A DNA stretch of 63,841 nucleotides, filler included, from Octopus bimaculoides (Eukaryota), in NCBI RefSeq assembly GCF_001194135.2. It is 9 parts of 9 records of this genome, joined end to end, with 100 filler letters (N's around TTAATTAATTAA, not from the genome) between each part and the next. Parts side by side here need not be neighbours in the genome. Positions count along the whole stretch, not along the records: positions 20,485 to 36,912 come from NC_068987.1; positions 37,013 to 46,328 come from NC_068989.1; positions 46,429 to 56,449 come from NC_069007.1; 6 more parts are not named here. One strand, given 5' to 3'. The notes beneath the pieces were generated by a model that was not told where the DNA came from, made no database searches, and was given only the letters and a program-made list of their open reading frames with translations. The translations under genes were made by a program, and so were the position numbers. Positions 35,256 to 49,545 of the stretch are shown one piece after another (position 1 is the stretch's first letter; each line of letters begins with the position of its first letter).

Positions 35256-35585
35256 ATGCAACATATCAGCTACAGGGTAAGGCTGAAAGAGTTAAAACAC
35301 TTCTCCCTAAAACGAAGGCAAGTAAGACATGCAGTGATATACATATGGAAACTCCTGGAAGGCCTTGTACTAAACTTTGGCATTGAAAGTTACTCAAACA
35401 GTAAAATGGGGCGCTACTACATGGTGCCAAAGATCCCAGCATCGCCATCAAAATACAGGACCAGATACTGCAACAGCTTGGGTTTCAAGGGCCTACAGCT
35501 CTTCAGTATCCTTCCAAAATGCTTGAGAGACCTGTATAGTGTAGATGTGGGTGTCTTTAAAACAAAACTAGATCTCCTATGAAGG
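35256..35585 (+). mobile_element. Second CR1-group fragment (ORF2 C-terminus)
   Basis: YRTRYCNSLGFKGLQLFSILP...VFKTKLDLL, homologous to 33900-34135. Confidence 0.88.
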
Positions 35586-35804
35586 GTTCCATTTGTACCT
35601 TGATATATATATATATATATATAATAGGTGGGGGTAGTGCAGTGCAAGCTACACCCACTGAAAATTAGTCATCTTCACAAGTACTTCTTGTACACCAAAT
35701 CTTAATAAAATCATTGAATTATTTGGCAGAAGCCTAAATATGCACTTGTAACTTACTCTAAAATGTCTCAGATTCAGTAAATGGCAAAAAAGGCTTCAGA
35801 ACGT

Positions 35805-36385
35805 CATGAGAATAGGTCTGGCTCGGCAGGTGTCCCAGTGTGTCAAAGGGTTGTCCTGGTCGTCATCCTGCCACTTTGGTTTAACAATCTTCAAGAAGAA
35901 ATAAAAATAAACATCCTCTGAATTTTGGCTGTTGGAATGTGCACACACTTCTTGGTGATAATTTCAACAAGAGGCCAGAAAGGCATCCTGCACTTATTGC
36001 ATGCGAGCTTTAGAAATATTCTCTGATATTGTTCCGCTTTCTGAAACACGTCTCTCTGGAAAGGGTCAAATAAATGAACCTACTTATAGATATACTATCT
36101 TCTGGAGAGGCCTACCTGAGGGTCAGCGTAGAGAATCTGGAGTTGGGTTTGCTCTCAAGAATTCATTAGTATCCTCCATTGCAGAATTTCCAAGTGGTAT
36201 ATCTGTACAATCCATGTCATGCCGTATAAAACTGACAAAAGGTAGGTTTCTTACCGTCGTCAGTATTTATGCACCAACAATGTCTCCTTCTGATGAAACT
36301 GTAGGACAGTTTTATGACGATGTAGCACAATTATTGAGGAAAGTACCAATTTCTGACAAGCTGGTCATATTGGGAGATTTTAGGC
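35805..36385 (+). mobile_element. RTE-clade LINE 5' fragment (APE endonuclease)
   Basis: LNFGCWNV, LSETRL, ESGVGFAL, SIYAPT, KLVILGDF. Confidence 0.9.
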
Positions 36386-36912
36386 TGATATGGGATTGGA
36401 AAATGTAATAAAAATGGAGTAGGTCTTTTAACGTCTTAAGATCCACAATGATCAGAACTTAACTGCAGCTCTTGGTAGTCCAAATCGAATATGCAAACTA
36501 TGTGGGTGTCTTTTTAATACATTGTCTGGTTTATAAAGCCACATCAGACGCCATGATGGATCTAAGATGTAGGTACAAAAATTGGTCAGACTCTGCATAA
36601 AGAGTAGACAACCACCATACTGTGGAAAACAAACATCAGCGATCTGACTGTCACCTGTACTCTTGACAAGAGATGCCAGTTAGTCTTTTACACCAATGCT
36701 CGTTCGTATTAGCCCAAGTTGCTGGATAATTTTTCGTTTCTTTCAGAATATTGTACAACGGAAACTTTTCATATATTAGAATTTAAATCCTAATCTCTAT
36801 AGAAATTTGTTGTTTCAAGAAAACATTGAATATGAATTACTTTTAATCTTTACGATTATAGATAACAGCTTGGGCTGTAACTTCAGAATGACGGTGTATA
36901 TGTATATATATA

Positions 36913-37012
36913 NNNNNNNNNNNNNNNNNNNNNNNNNNNNNNNNNNNNNNNNNNNNTTAATTAATTAANNNNNNNNNNNNNNNNNNNNNNNNNNNNNNNN
37001 NNNNNNNNNNNN
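36913..37012. other. Artificial assembly spacer
   Basis: N44-TTAATTAATTAA-N44. Confidence 0.97.
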
Positions 37013-39067
37013 GATGTCCCCTTACTCTCATGTGTGCATATACAAGTTTTTATAAGCAAACATTCCACCACATACGTTGTTTGTGGTGTCAGCTCTATTA
37101 GCCGTATCTAGAATGCTGTAAGTGTTTTTTTAGAAAGGAAGTTTTGTTGAGTGTGTGTGTGTCATTTCTGTATATATTGGAAGGTTCCATGTAGAAGATC
37201 ATTTTATACAAGTTATTAATGTTCTAGTAGCAATAACAGTGATGGTGACGATGATGGTGACAACAACAACAACAACAGCAACAACAACAACAACAATAAT
37301 ATGCCAAACTTTCAAACTTAGCGGTGTAAGATATCCTGTTGCCTCTTCCAACGGCTCTACCATTCTGCTGATATGCATGTATGTTATTGCATCACACTAG
37401 TACGTGGTTTGAAAGGTGGTAAAGTGTGACTGCCTCTGCACAAATTATGTCCACTGTAACGATATGCATTGTACAGGTTGTTCAGACACCCAAGACACCA
37501 GTACTAACGCCATCACACTTTCTTTCTAAGTCCACTTGCGATGGGGAAACAGGCAACGGGGTTATCTGTGCAGATGTTTCTAACTGACCCCTCATTCGTC
37601 GAAGCAAGGAGAGACTTCGGAAGGAAAAAATTATCCAGAATGCATGTATGTATGTGTTTGACGTGTTTGTTGGTGATATTGATGTGCATCTCACGTTGCT
37701 CTATTATATTTCTTTTTACTTTGAATCTAACTTCTCTTGTTTCGTATTGTTTCCAAATAGTTAACAAATGCTATTTGCGATATCCGTATTTTGAATGTAC
37801 TCAGAATTGACAACAGGCTGAAAGTTGGCAATCGATGTATTATTTAGCTACATCTGGATGCGTGTAGGTTCATTTTTGATAACATTATGAAAATATTATA
37901 AAAAGATTTTTAAAAAAAGAAACTGCACGTATAATACATAACTTGGAATCAGCGCTGCGGATGTACCAACACACACGAGCTTGAGACAAGGCCGCCTTGG
38001 GATCGATTTCTTCGACTGAAGGAAAAAAATCCCTTTAAGGCGGTGCTCCAGTATGGCCGCATATAAAATAATTTAATCCGGACTAATATAATACAGTCCT
38101 GTTTTCTCGATATACTACAGTGTAGTTTAATCTAGTTTAGTGTATATTAATCTCAGTGTCGTCTGCTTTAGAACCGTATAATAGATATAGTGTTATTTTA
38201 TTCTTAAACTCTACCTCACAGTGCTTATCACGAGCTGTTGAGCAGAATTGAATTTTTCAAAGCTATCTTATAAAAGAAGAAATTTCAGTCTTCCATGACT
38301 GAAGAGCTTTTACATTCTTTATGCATAGAGTCTCTTAGAAATAACATTCTAACAAAGATCTGGTATGAAAAAATTCTCTTACGAGAATATGTTGCTGGAA
38401 AGAAAGAAAAAAACAGATCAAAGAAGTGTTTTGTATAATGCATTTCATGTTGTACGTATTCTTGTAGATGTTTAAAATAAAAAGAAATATTATGTTGACT
38501 ACGTTCATTCTATGTAATGTTTCATCTTTCTATAACGTTGTATGGATGTATACAACGTTTCCCTAATTTTCATCACCCCGTAACTCGGAAACTGTATGGC
38601 ATATCACATTTTTATTCACATTCGTCACTTTGACATGTGAAATAATCCAGTGCGGCAATTTTAATCAAGATCCGAGATGAAATGATTGTTATTATTATTA
38701 TTATTATTGTTATTACATTAAAAGCGGTGATCTGTCATGAAAGAATCTTATTGTAAAAGATAACAGTAGTTACTGAGACCTCGTTGCAGCTTGCAAAGAG
38801 CCGTCTATAATAGTTCGATTTCAGTGGATGTCCCTACACTGAATTGAATGTTGCTATAGTATGACGGAGTGTGATTTGATGTCCAGGAATTGCTGCGTGG
38901 TTAAGATGCCCCCTTTGTAATCCCGTGGTTTCAGAGTCAATCCCGCTTCGTGTTTCATGAATATGATGAATATGATGTCTGAATATTCTAGATTCTGGGT
39001 CAGCAAGTGCGTAATATAGAGTTATGGTTTCCCTTCATTTCAATATTTTTTTATAAATAATTTTTAT

Positions 39068-39530
39068 TCTTTTCTACACTAGGTAGAAGGCCCAAAATTT
39101 TGGGAGAGGGGGGCCAGTCGATTAGATCAAACCCAGTGAGCAAGTGGTACTTATTTAATCGACCCCGAAAGGATGAGAGGCAAAATTGACTTCGGCGGAA
39201 TTTGAACTCAGAACACAAAGACAGACGAAATACCGCTAAGCATTTTGCCCGGTGTGCTAACGTTTCTTATTTCTTTACTGCCCACAAGGGGCTACACACA
39301 GAGGAGACAAAGAAGGACAGATAAATGGATTAAGTCGATTATATCGACCCAGTACGTAACTGGTACTGAATTTATCGACCCAGTACGTAACTGGTACTGA
39401 ATTTATCGACCCCGAAAGGATGAAAGGCAAAGTCGACCTCGGCGGAATTTGAACTCAGAACGTAACGGCAGACGAAATGCCGCAAAGCATTTTGCCCGGC
39501 GTGCTAACGTTTCTGCCAGCTCGCCGCCTT
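39068..39530 (-). mobile_element. Two adjacent SINE family B copies; the second has an internal 31-bp tandem duplication (39342-39403)
   Basis: Homology to 11740-12385; unit TATCGACCCAGTACGTAACTGGTACTGAATT x2. Confidence 0.9.
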
Positions 39531-40739
39531 TAATGTTCCNNNNNNNNNNNNNNNNNNNNNNNNNNNNNNNNNNNNNNNNNNNNNNNNNNNNNNNNNNNNN
39601 NNNNNNNNNNNNNNNNNNNNNNNNNNNNNNNNNNNNNNNNNNNNNNNNNNNNNNNNNNNNNNNNNNNNNNNNNNNNNNNNNNNNNNNNNNNNNNNNNNNN
39701 NNNNNNNNNNNNNNNNNNNNNNNNNNNNNNNNNNNNNNNNNNNNNNNNNNNNNNNNNNNNNNNNNNNNNNNNNNNNNNNNNNNNNNNNNNNNNNNNNNNN
39801 NNNNNNNNNNNNNNNNNNNNNNNNNNNNNNNNNNNNNNNNNNNNNNNNNNNNNNNNNNNNNNNNNNNNNNNNNNNNNNNNNNNNNNNNNNNNNNNNNNNN
39901 NNNNNNNNNNNNNNNNNNNNNNNNNNNNNNNNNNNNNNNNNNNNNNNNNNNNNNNNNNNNNNNNNNNNNNNNNNNNNNNNNNNNNNNNNNNNNNNNNNNN
40001 NNNNNNNNNNNNNNNNNNNNNNNNNNNNNNNNNNNNNNNNNNNNNNNNNNNNNNNNNNNNNNNNNNNNNNNNNNNNNNNNNNNNNNNNNNNNNNNNNNNN
40101 NNNNNNNNNNNNNNNNNNNNNNNNNNNNNNNNNNNNNNNNNAAAGCTATTGTTTCCTTTCATTGCAATATTTTTATAAATTCTTTTTTCTTACCATCCAA
40201 TTCTATACGGTTTTATTAGCTCCTTTATTGTCAACCGATTTAGCATACTTTATTGCCACCTGCTTTTTTGATTAGATTTTTTGAAAAAGACGTTTAATGT
40301 AGTCGTATTTCATTTAAATATTTTATTAATTGTTTTGTTGGCGCCTTGTATTTGTTATTTTAAATATGCATTGAATAGGTGTGTGTTGGGGTTGGGTGAG
40401 TGATTTGTGGAACTGATGCTGGTGCTTATATTCGCCTGACGCTTTGTTGGACGTGGTCAATGGGAATTGGTTAGAATGATTTGGAGTAAATATCAACAAC
40501 AACAACAACAGCAATAATAGACGGTGCGAATAACAACAACTGCAAGAGAGAGAGAGAGACAGAGAGAGAGACAGAGGGAGGGAGACAACGATAGAAAGAA
40601 AGACACAAAATAATAACGGAAGCTATAGAAACAAGAGCAACGATTGGAATAGCAACATTAACAAGAAGAAGAAACATTAATAGAAGAACGAAACCAAGAT
40701 TGAAATGCACTCGTACACAATAATTCAATTATAGACCCA

Positions 40740-40992
40740 TCATCATCATCATCATCATCAACAACAGCATCATCATCAACAACAGCATCATCATCATCAT
40801 CATCAGTTTTACAACCAGCAGCAGCAGCAGCATCAACACCACCACCATCACCATCGTCATCATTACAACAAGCGTTGCCGTCTACGTCACCACCACTCTC
40901 ATCAACTTCTTGACTACGATCCTCTTCCTCTTCCTCCTCCTCATCATCAGCCTCATCGTCATTGTCGTGGTCGTCGACATCATCATCATCAT

Positions 40993-41024
<32 letters not shown>

Positions 41025-41361
41025 TCACTGCGGTAGCAACAGCGGTATTATTAAAAGCAACAGCAACAACGACAACAACAACAATCACGCCAAGTGATTA
41101 TATTTTAATCTAAGAAATGTTATCTGCACTAATTAGCTATCCCACAATGCACTGGCACCTCTCTATGGCTCCAAACTAATCAGCAATTCTATTCTAACAG
41201 CCCCAACACCATCAGCAGCAGCAGCAGAAGAAGATAATGGAATGGCGACAGTAACATCGCAATTATCATTATCACCATCATCAGTATTTTCATTGGGAAC
41301 ATCACCATCATCGTCATCATCATCATCATAACCATCGTCATCGTCGTCGTCATCATCGTCG

Positions 41362-41394
<33 letters not shown>

Positions 41395-41400
41395 CGGAAA
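40740..41400. repeat. (ATC/CAG/GTC)n compound tract
   Basis: Directly visible. Confidence 0.95.
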
Positions 41401-41491
41401 TTATTGTTGTTGATGTTGTACCATATTGTCTTAGTTTACTAAAATAATTCTCTCACTTTCTGGAACTGTATCTTTACTATTAAATGAAATG

Positions 41492-41526
<35 letters not shown>

Positions 41527-41863
41527 CAACCTCGGAGAGATGCCGGGTAAGGTATACACCATAACTAGCCTCCTCATCACATATCTGTTATAATAATTTC
41601 TCTTCGACTTTATGGCTTGTTACACTAATAACAAATATAAATATTTCCGTAGAGCTAGTCTCAACTTTACAAACGAAAGACTTATTCTGTAGAGTCATAA
41701 GTTTTGCAATGTTTTGGCAACGTATTTGCTTTAATGGTCAAGTTCCGATGAAAGCAGTCAAGCATTCAAAATAGAGGCCATCGTGCTGCCTTTCTGCTAG
41801 TTCTTTGATGCCAGTCCGTCTCCTTCGAGGCGAAAAATTCCTTCACTGAAGCTTCCACATCCA

Positions 41864-42016
41864 CCCCAGTACGCAACTGGTACTTAATTTATCGACCCGG
41901 AAAAGATGAAAGGCAAAGTAAACATCGGCGGAATTTGAACTCAGAACGTAACCGCAGACGAAATACTGCTAAGCATTTCACCCGGCGTGCTAACGTTTCT
42001 GCCAACTCGCCGCCTT
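41864..42016 (-). mobile_element. SINE family B
   Basis: CGGCGGAATTTGAACTCAG...GCCAACTCGCCGCCTT. Confidence 0.88.
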
Positions 42017-42419
42017 ACAGAACTGATAGTAATATCAATCGACTGTATTAATAATGGTTTCAAAGTTTGTCCCAGGGGCAGCCATTTTGGTGGGGAGTGG
42101 ATAAGTCAATTACATCAACCCCCAGTGTTTCACTGGTACTTAATTATTAAGCCAGCCATATGGGAATGTTAGCACTCGTTTCCATTTGGAGTACCAACGT
42201 TTCCACGTGGTAGATTTGATAACCGTATAATTGTAAAGAGATTTTTGTTTCGCATGAAACTATTGGTAGACTTGTTAACCTAAAAATGAATCATATTTAT
42301 CTCTCAACGCGGTGTTCAGGACTGATTCCCACTGTTCGATGTTTACGTATATACATATTACACACACACATACATACACACACACATACACAAATACATA
42401 CCTACATACATACATGTAC

Positions 42420-42656
42420 TCTTTTACTTGTTTCAGTCATTTTGACTGCGGCCATGCTGGAGCACCACCTTTTAGTCAAGCAAATCGAACCCAGGACTTA
42501 TTCTTTGTAAGCCTAGTACTTATTCTATCGGTCTTTTTTGTCGAACCGCTAAGCTACGGGGACGTAAACACGCTAGCATCGGTTGTCAAGCGATGTTGGG
42601 GGGGACAAACACAGTGTGCTACGCAATGGGACTGAACCCGGAACCATGTGGCTGGT
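42420..42656 (-). mobile_element. SINE family A
   Basis: Tail TTTCAGTCATTTGACTGCGGCCATGCTGGAGCACC and body. Confidence 0.88.
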
Positions 42657-43804
42657 NNNNNNNNNNNNNNNNNNNNNNNNNNNNNNNNNNNNNNNNNNNN
42701 NNNNNNNNNNNNNNNNNNNNNNNNNNNNNNNNNNNNNNNNNNNNNNNNNNNNNNNNNNNNNNNNNNNNNNNNNNNNNNNNNNNNNNNNNNNNNNNNNNNN
42801 NNNNNNNNNNNNNNNNNNNNNNNNNNNNNNNNNNNNNNNNNNNNNNNNNNNNNNNNNNNNNNNNNNNNNNNNNNNNNNNNNNNNNNNNNNNNNNNNNNNN
42901 NNNNNNNNNNNNNNNNNNNNNNNNNNNNNNNNNNNNNNNNNNNNNNNNTGTATATATATATATATATAAAATGAGTGTATGTCCGAAAATGAAGTCCTAT
43001 CATATGATCATGATTTATACGAATTAGAGGACAAATTTTATTTATTCCATATAACAAAATATTCGAAGTATTATGCAAGCAGCAAACGACATCAAAACCA
43101 ATATGACATGCGCAGAGAAAATCGGCTCGACGAAAATATATCGGCTGCTTTATTCAAATAATTCAATGAACAGTTGACAGGCGAGAGAGTCTCATGGTGA
43201 TTGCTAATATGTGGTGTGTAGACGTCTAATAAATATTGTTTTATTAATAATATGTAAGCTACCAAAGTTTCTATCGAAAATTACGATAGAAAACCCATAC
43301 TCCTCGGTATTATGAGAGCTGTCAAGATGTATTTTAGTATTTTAACAAACGAAGTTAGCCGCTGTATTCATATCGTCCATTATATGTATATTCAACGAGT
43401 AAATGATTGCTGCCAGGTGTAAAACTTGTTATCTCTTCCTCGTGTGTTACACGACGTTTGTTGTAAAACAGTTTTTCTTCTTATCTCCTCAGGCAATTTG
43501 CAATTATGTATCATGACATCCGAGGTACGCGCGTTAGACAGATAGTTTCACAATAAAGTTATCTCGTTCAACTTGAACAATGTCTTTTACGTATTACTTT
43601 GAGCTGCTGCCATGCTGGAGCACCATTTGAAGTGTTTTTGTCAAACAGATCGACCCCCGTTACTTCTGGTATTTGGTGGGGGGGTGTTTTTTTATGTGTA
43701 GTACTCATTGTACTACGCATAAACCGCCTGTTTAAGGGGACGCAAATAAGCGGAACGGGTGCGGTATACGTAGACACTCACATACATATGTGTGTTTGTG
43801 TGTT

Positions 43805-43829
43805 GTAGTAGTAGTAGTAGTAGTAGTAA

Positions 43830-43874
<45 letters not shown>

Positions 43875-43900
43875 CAGCAGCACCAGCAGTAGTAGTAGTG

Positions 43901-43945
<45 letters not shown>

Positions 43946-43966
43946 ATACTTATTGTAGTAGTAGTA

Positions 43967-44017
<51 letters not shown>
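43805..44017. repeat. (AGT)n microsatellite
   Basis: Directly visible. Confidence 0.97.
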
Positions 44018-44329
44018 ACACTTGCCCAACGAGTTGCATAGCTAGACCGAACGAACCCGAAGCTGAGTGATTGCCAATCTGAATGAGAATGGGAGGATAA
44101 GGACATAAATTCCATCGCTTGTGAAACTCAGAGTAATGCATCTAGTCTACATTGAACCACTTAAGCGAGAATCTCTGAGAACTCCAAAGTGCATATTACA
44201 ACATCAAGCATGTGTGCTTGCGTGTGTGCAAGGTCTAAATTTCTACAGACAAAGAGGACGAAAATATGGGTTTTCTTATCTTTCCTTTCTTTTTCGCCTT
44301 CCATTTTTTGTATAAATATTCTTAATATT

Positions 44330-45900
44330 CTTAATGTTTAAATGCATATTGTTGTGATGTTAGTATTATTTTTGACTACCATTATATCAAAATGGTAATT
44401 TTGTTATGTTCATCTTCTTCGTGAACTTCGGATCTGGGTGTAGAGTGTTGAGCAGGACACGAAATTCTTCCAAAATAACTGCTGCTTTTGTCCAAATTAA
44501 GAAGCAGTCGTCAAAATATCTTTTCCATGCGCCCTCTATCGCCTAAAATCAGTGCTACAGTTGTTCTCTACTTTCGGCAAATATTTTCTTCCAAGAATCC
44601 CATTACCGATTTTGCATATGCTGGAGCAAACGTGGTTCCCACTGCCGTGCCTCTAATTTGATAATTATTTTTTCCCCTTGGAAAAATAAAGTGTTATTCA
44701 CAAGGAAAATGATGACAGCCACTAATATAAAATCTATGGAGAATCAACCGGAAATCAGCTCTCTGTATTTATTGAGGGAATATTTGATTGAAATTATTCC
44801 GATAATTTGCTGAATAATTTTGTAGATCAGAATTATTAATTTGATTACAAAACTGTAACTAAAAACGAATTCGTTTATTTTGTTTTGGGTAGATAAGACA
44901 TGAAATTAATAACATCTCAAATGAAACTCAGTAAATGGGTGCACAGTGGGTTATGGTTAGGCCTTGTTGGCGCAGCTATGATAAGTCTAAGTTCTTGATC
45001 CTTTAGATGTAATAATTAGATGTAAATAATTAGATGTAATATTAGTTTTTCAATACTTTGTTCCTTTACTACATTTTGTGTTAACTTTGATTTGTGTAAT
45101 TTTGATGCACCATAAAATTTGCTGGAGTTTGATTAAAAATTGGCAATGCCATCATTATCATTAGTGGTGAAATATGTCGTTCCTACACCAGACTACAGAA
45201 CCTCTTCATAATGTGATAATCTGTATTTGTATGTATTTAGCAGTAAAATGTTGGAGCCTTCAGATGATCTTCGGCTAAAGCCCAATATTTAGAATTCAAG
45301 CAAAACATTGTATTAGAGTTTTAGAGACGTCCAAGTTCAGATTTATTTCATTTGGTGGTGTTTGGTCTATAAATGTGACGTGCTGGAAGAATCGTTAGCA
45401 CGCAGGCTAAAATGCTTAGCGCCTTTCCGTGGGTCTTTACGTTCTCAATTCAAACTTGCCGACGTCGACTTTGCCTCTCATCCTTTCGGGGTCGATAAAA
45501 TGACGGCGTGAGCAGTGAGGCAGATATAATCGCCATAACCCTTCCCTGAAAGTGCCGGCATTCTGCTAAAATTTGAAAACAATGTATAATGTGAGATTAG
45601 TATTTTGTTTATGTAGGCATTTGGAAAGGCTATCAATGGACTGGTCTCGATGTGTATTTCCTCCTTTTGCATGGTGCGTTTTATGATTTATTTGTTCCTT
45701 AAAAAGGATTCACCAGCCTCGAGCAGTTTTACTAAAAAAAAAACTAGCAATATTGGCAATAACATTAGCATGGATTTTAATTAAATTTCATTTAGAAATA
45801 TTTAAGGCAGGAAAACTATTTATAATATCAGATGAATTTCAATGAATCACATGCATCTGCCCGCAAGCCAAATATCCTCCACCGCCATCTCTGATTGATT
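44330..45900 (-). mobile_element. Decayed Penelope-like reverse transcriptase, interrupted by a SINE
   Basis: SKFYGASKLHKSK; YQIRGTAVGTTFAPAYAKSVMGFLEE; WKRYFDDCFLIW; LLNTLHPDPKFT. The RT core (44410-45130) is solid; the boundary beyond 45560 is weaker. Confidence 0.8.
45378..45565 (+). mobile_element. SINE family B inserted in the PLE RT
   Basis: GTTAGCACGC...TTCAAACTTGCCGACGTCGACTTTGCC...GGGGTCGATAAAA. Confidence 0.8.
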
Positions 45901-46290
45901 AAAATGTTTCTATGAATAAGCGCTGTTGATGTCAACTATGTTATCACATTAATCAAACTGTGGCGTCTAAGAAGAAGGCTGATTGGTTAAAATAGCTTTC
46001 GGAAGCTCTATCTTGTTGGAGCCTGTCAGAAAGTCTTTAAAGGAAAAATTCAACCATTTCACAAGAATTATAAATTGCGAAACACATTAGCTGTTAGTTG
46101 ATGATACAACATAAATATGCAGCCGAAGATTTGTTACAAATCATGAAAGTAATTGTAAAATTGTAAAAGTACATATATAAGGGGAAAAAATCAAACAATC
46201 CTGAATTAGTGGTCACTAATACACACACAAAGACATACACACATATATATATACGTATATACATAAACACACGTATGTATGTATGAATGC

Positions 46291-46328
<38 letters not shown>

Positions 46329-46428
46329 NNNNNNNNNNNNNNNNNNNNNNNNNNNNNNNNNNNNNNNNNNNNTTAATTAATTAANNNNNNNNNNNNNNNN
46401 NNNNNNNNNNNNNNNNNNNNNNNNNNNN
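46329..46428. other. Artificial assembly spacer
   Basis: N44-TTAATTAATTAA-N44. Confidence 0.97.
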
Positions 46429-46986
46429 ATATATATATATATATATATAAATGAATATACATATACATGCATACGTATATACATACATACATGTTCAAAC
46501 TCACAAATACACAGACACAAACTCACACGCACACACACACACAAGCACACACACACATATATTCATGCACAAAGCAAAACTTTGTTACAAGTATAAAGAC
46601 AACGGTTTGTTCCTAATTTCGTCACAATGGTAGCAATTTTGAGGTGTATAACAACGAATTCTACGATCTCTTCAAGTATTTTGTTCTTCCCATTTGAAAA
46701 ATGTACTGTTTCCCGAAATATTATTAGCTCATTAAACTCCGTATGTAAGTAAATACTGCATATCTCCTTTTTTCTTCCTCCATTCAATGAGATCATCTGA
46801 CATACCTTACTTTCACTGGCATTTTACGTTGTTAACTTGGGAAGTTTAAAGTGTATAGTAGTTAACCTCAGCAGGAATTGAACGTTAAAATTCGGAACAA
46901 AGGCCATGAAGCAAATCTCTTAACGATGATTTCACGATTCTACTCACTCGACGGCATTCAAATTTTCAAGTATATTATACATTATG

Positions 46987-47190
46987 AAGGCGTGGCTGTG
47001 TGGTAAGATGGTGCCTTCCAAACAACATAGTTCCGGATTCAGTTTCACTGCGTGGCGCTTCAGGCAATAGCCTCAGGTCGACCAAAGCCTTGTGAGTGGA
47101 TTTGGTTGACGGAAACTGAAGGAAGTCTGACGTATATATGTATAGGAGTGGCTGTGTGGTAAGTAGCTTGCTTACCAACCACATGGTTCT
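46987..47190 (+). mobile_element. Two consecutive SINE family A heads
   Basis: GTGGCTGTGTGGTAAG occurs twice. Confidence 0.8.
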
Positions 47191-47441
47191 AGGTTCATTC
47201 ACTAACAGACAGAGTTTTATATATATATATATATAAAACTCTATCTGTCTGTCTGTCTCTCTCTATCTATATAGGTATAAACATGAGAATATCTGCTATT
47301 TCTTCTTTGGTGTGTTTTGCGCCAGTGTACACTTCTTTGATTGCTGTTTCTTTTGTTGTATATTTCTATGCACGACATTTGTCATTTGTACCTTCTCGTT
47401 TTTCCTACAACTTTTACACGTGACATCTGCGTGTGTTTGCT

Positions 47442-47489
<48 letters not shown>

Positions 47490-48179
47490 TGTGTGCCCGC
47501 GCGCGCGCGCGCGTGTGTGTGTGAATATAAATGTGTCTATGAATATGCGTGTGTATGTATATGTATATACGAACACTTATGCCAAACACTCTTTTAGGGG
47601 AATTGAACTCTGCGCAATTCCTGGACGCCAGAATACCATATTTGTTGAAGTGCGAAAAGCTGAATTCGATACATGAACAACGTGTAACAGTTGAATACGT
47701 TCATACACATCACACTCATAAACACCTTCTCACACATACACATGTGTATTATACATACATACATACATACAAACATACATATATATATATAAAATATATA
47801 TACGTATACGCGCACACGCCTTCTTGCCCCAATCTACGGCTCCGTGCTTATATATATACACATATGTATATATCCATTAATATTTACGTGCTTATGTCAT
47901 GTGAATNNNNNNNNNNACATACATATATATATATAAATATAATACACACACACGTATATATACACATAAATATATACACACTGCAGAAGCAGCTGTTTCT
48001 CTCCAGCGGCTACATCGTCCGTCGACACTTAAAGTTGTCCAATTTTCTTGTAGTATGTAGGAGAGACAAGATCAGATTGTTGAAGTATGAAGAAATCATG
48101 TTGACATTACACGACCAATTACTGCAACATTACCACACAGTCACCGTTTCCATTTTTGTCGTGGCTGTCTTCGCTGTAG

Positions 48180-48570
48180 ACATCACAAACCATCGCCTCC
48201 ACAATCACTAACATCATCACCATCATGGTCATCATCGTCTTTATCATCATCATCATCATCATCATTATCATCATCATCATCATCATCGTTATCTTCATGA
48301 ATATCATCACCAGCTCGTACACCAGCACAATTAGTCCGCCACTGTCAACATCATCATAATTTTCATCACCATCATCATCATCATCATCGCTAACATGTCT
48401 ACTCCTACCATCATTTTTATCACGATCCTCCTCCTCCACTTCCACGTCATCATCATCATCATCATCATCATGATTGTCATCGTGGTCGTGGTCGTAGTAG
48501 CCAGTATTTTCGTCGTAGCCATCTTCAAGTCTACTACATCACCACCAACGCTATCACTGTCATCACCATC

Positions 48571-48628
<58 letters not shown>

Positions 48629-49352
48629 ACATCATCATCATCATCAACATAATCATCATCGTCATAATAACCTTCGTCGCCATCATCATCATTACCATCA
48701 TCATCATTGTCATCATCATAGTTATAGTTATCTCCATCAATATCATCACCACTACAAAACCAACGGCCACGGCTAGAGCGGCGGCTACCACCGTCAACAA
48801 CAGCCAAAACACCATAACTGCCCCACAACATTACTATCATCACCAACGTAATCATCATAGTCNNNNNNNNNNNNNNNNNNNNNNNNNNNNNNNNNNNNNN
48901 NNNNNNNNNNNNNNNNNNNNNNNNNNNNNNNNNNNNNNNNNNNNNNNNNNNNNNNNNNNNNNNNNNNNNNNNNNNNNNNNNNNNNNNNNNNNNNNNNNNN
49001 NNNNNNNNNNNNNNNNNNNNNNNNNNNNNNNNNNNNNNNNNNNNNNNNNNNNNNNNNNNNNNNNNNNNNNNNNNNNNNNNNNNNNNNNNNNNNNNNNNNN
49101 NNNNNNNNNNNNNNNNNNNNNNNNNNNNNNNNNNNNNNNNNNNNNNNNNNNNNNNNNNNNNNNNNNNNNNNNNNNNNNNNNNNNNNNNNNNNNNNNNNNN
49201 NNNNNNNNNNNNNNNNNNNNNNNNNNNNNNNNNNNNNNNNNNNNNNNNNNNNNNNNNNNNNNNNNNNNNNNNNNNNNNNNNNNNNNNNNNNNNNNNNNNN
49301 NNNNNNNNNNNNNNNNNNNNNNNNNNNNNNNNNNNNNNNNNNNNNNNNNNNN

Positions 49353-49402
<50 letters not shown>

Positions 49403-49483
49403 TTAGTAATAATAATAATAATATTAGTAATAATAATAATATAAGTAATAATAATAATAATAATAATAATAATAGTAATAATG

Positions 49484-49518
<35 letters not shown>

Positions 49519-49545
49519 TGAAGCAGCAGCAGCAGCAACAGCAGC
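48180..49545. repeat. (ATC)n and (AAT)n tracts flanking a gap
   Basis: Directly visible. Confidence 0.95.

Noticed and set aside
37477-37587. Possible exon after TACAG|
   Set aside because: Short frame ending in a stop, unrecognised peptide, no donor.
47986-48051. Possible exon (CTGCAG| ... |GTATGT)
   Set aside because: Unrecognised peptide between microsatellites; splice-like words are expected by chance.
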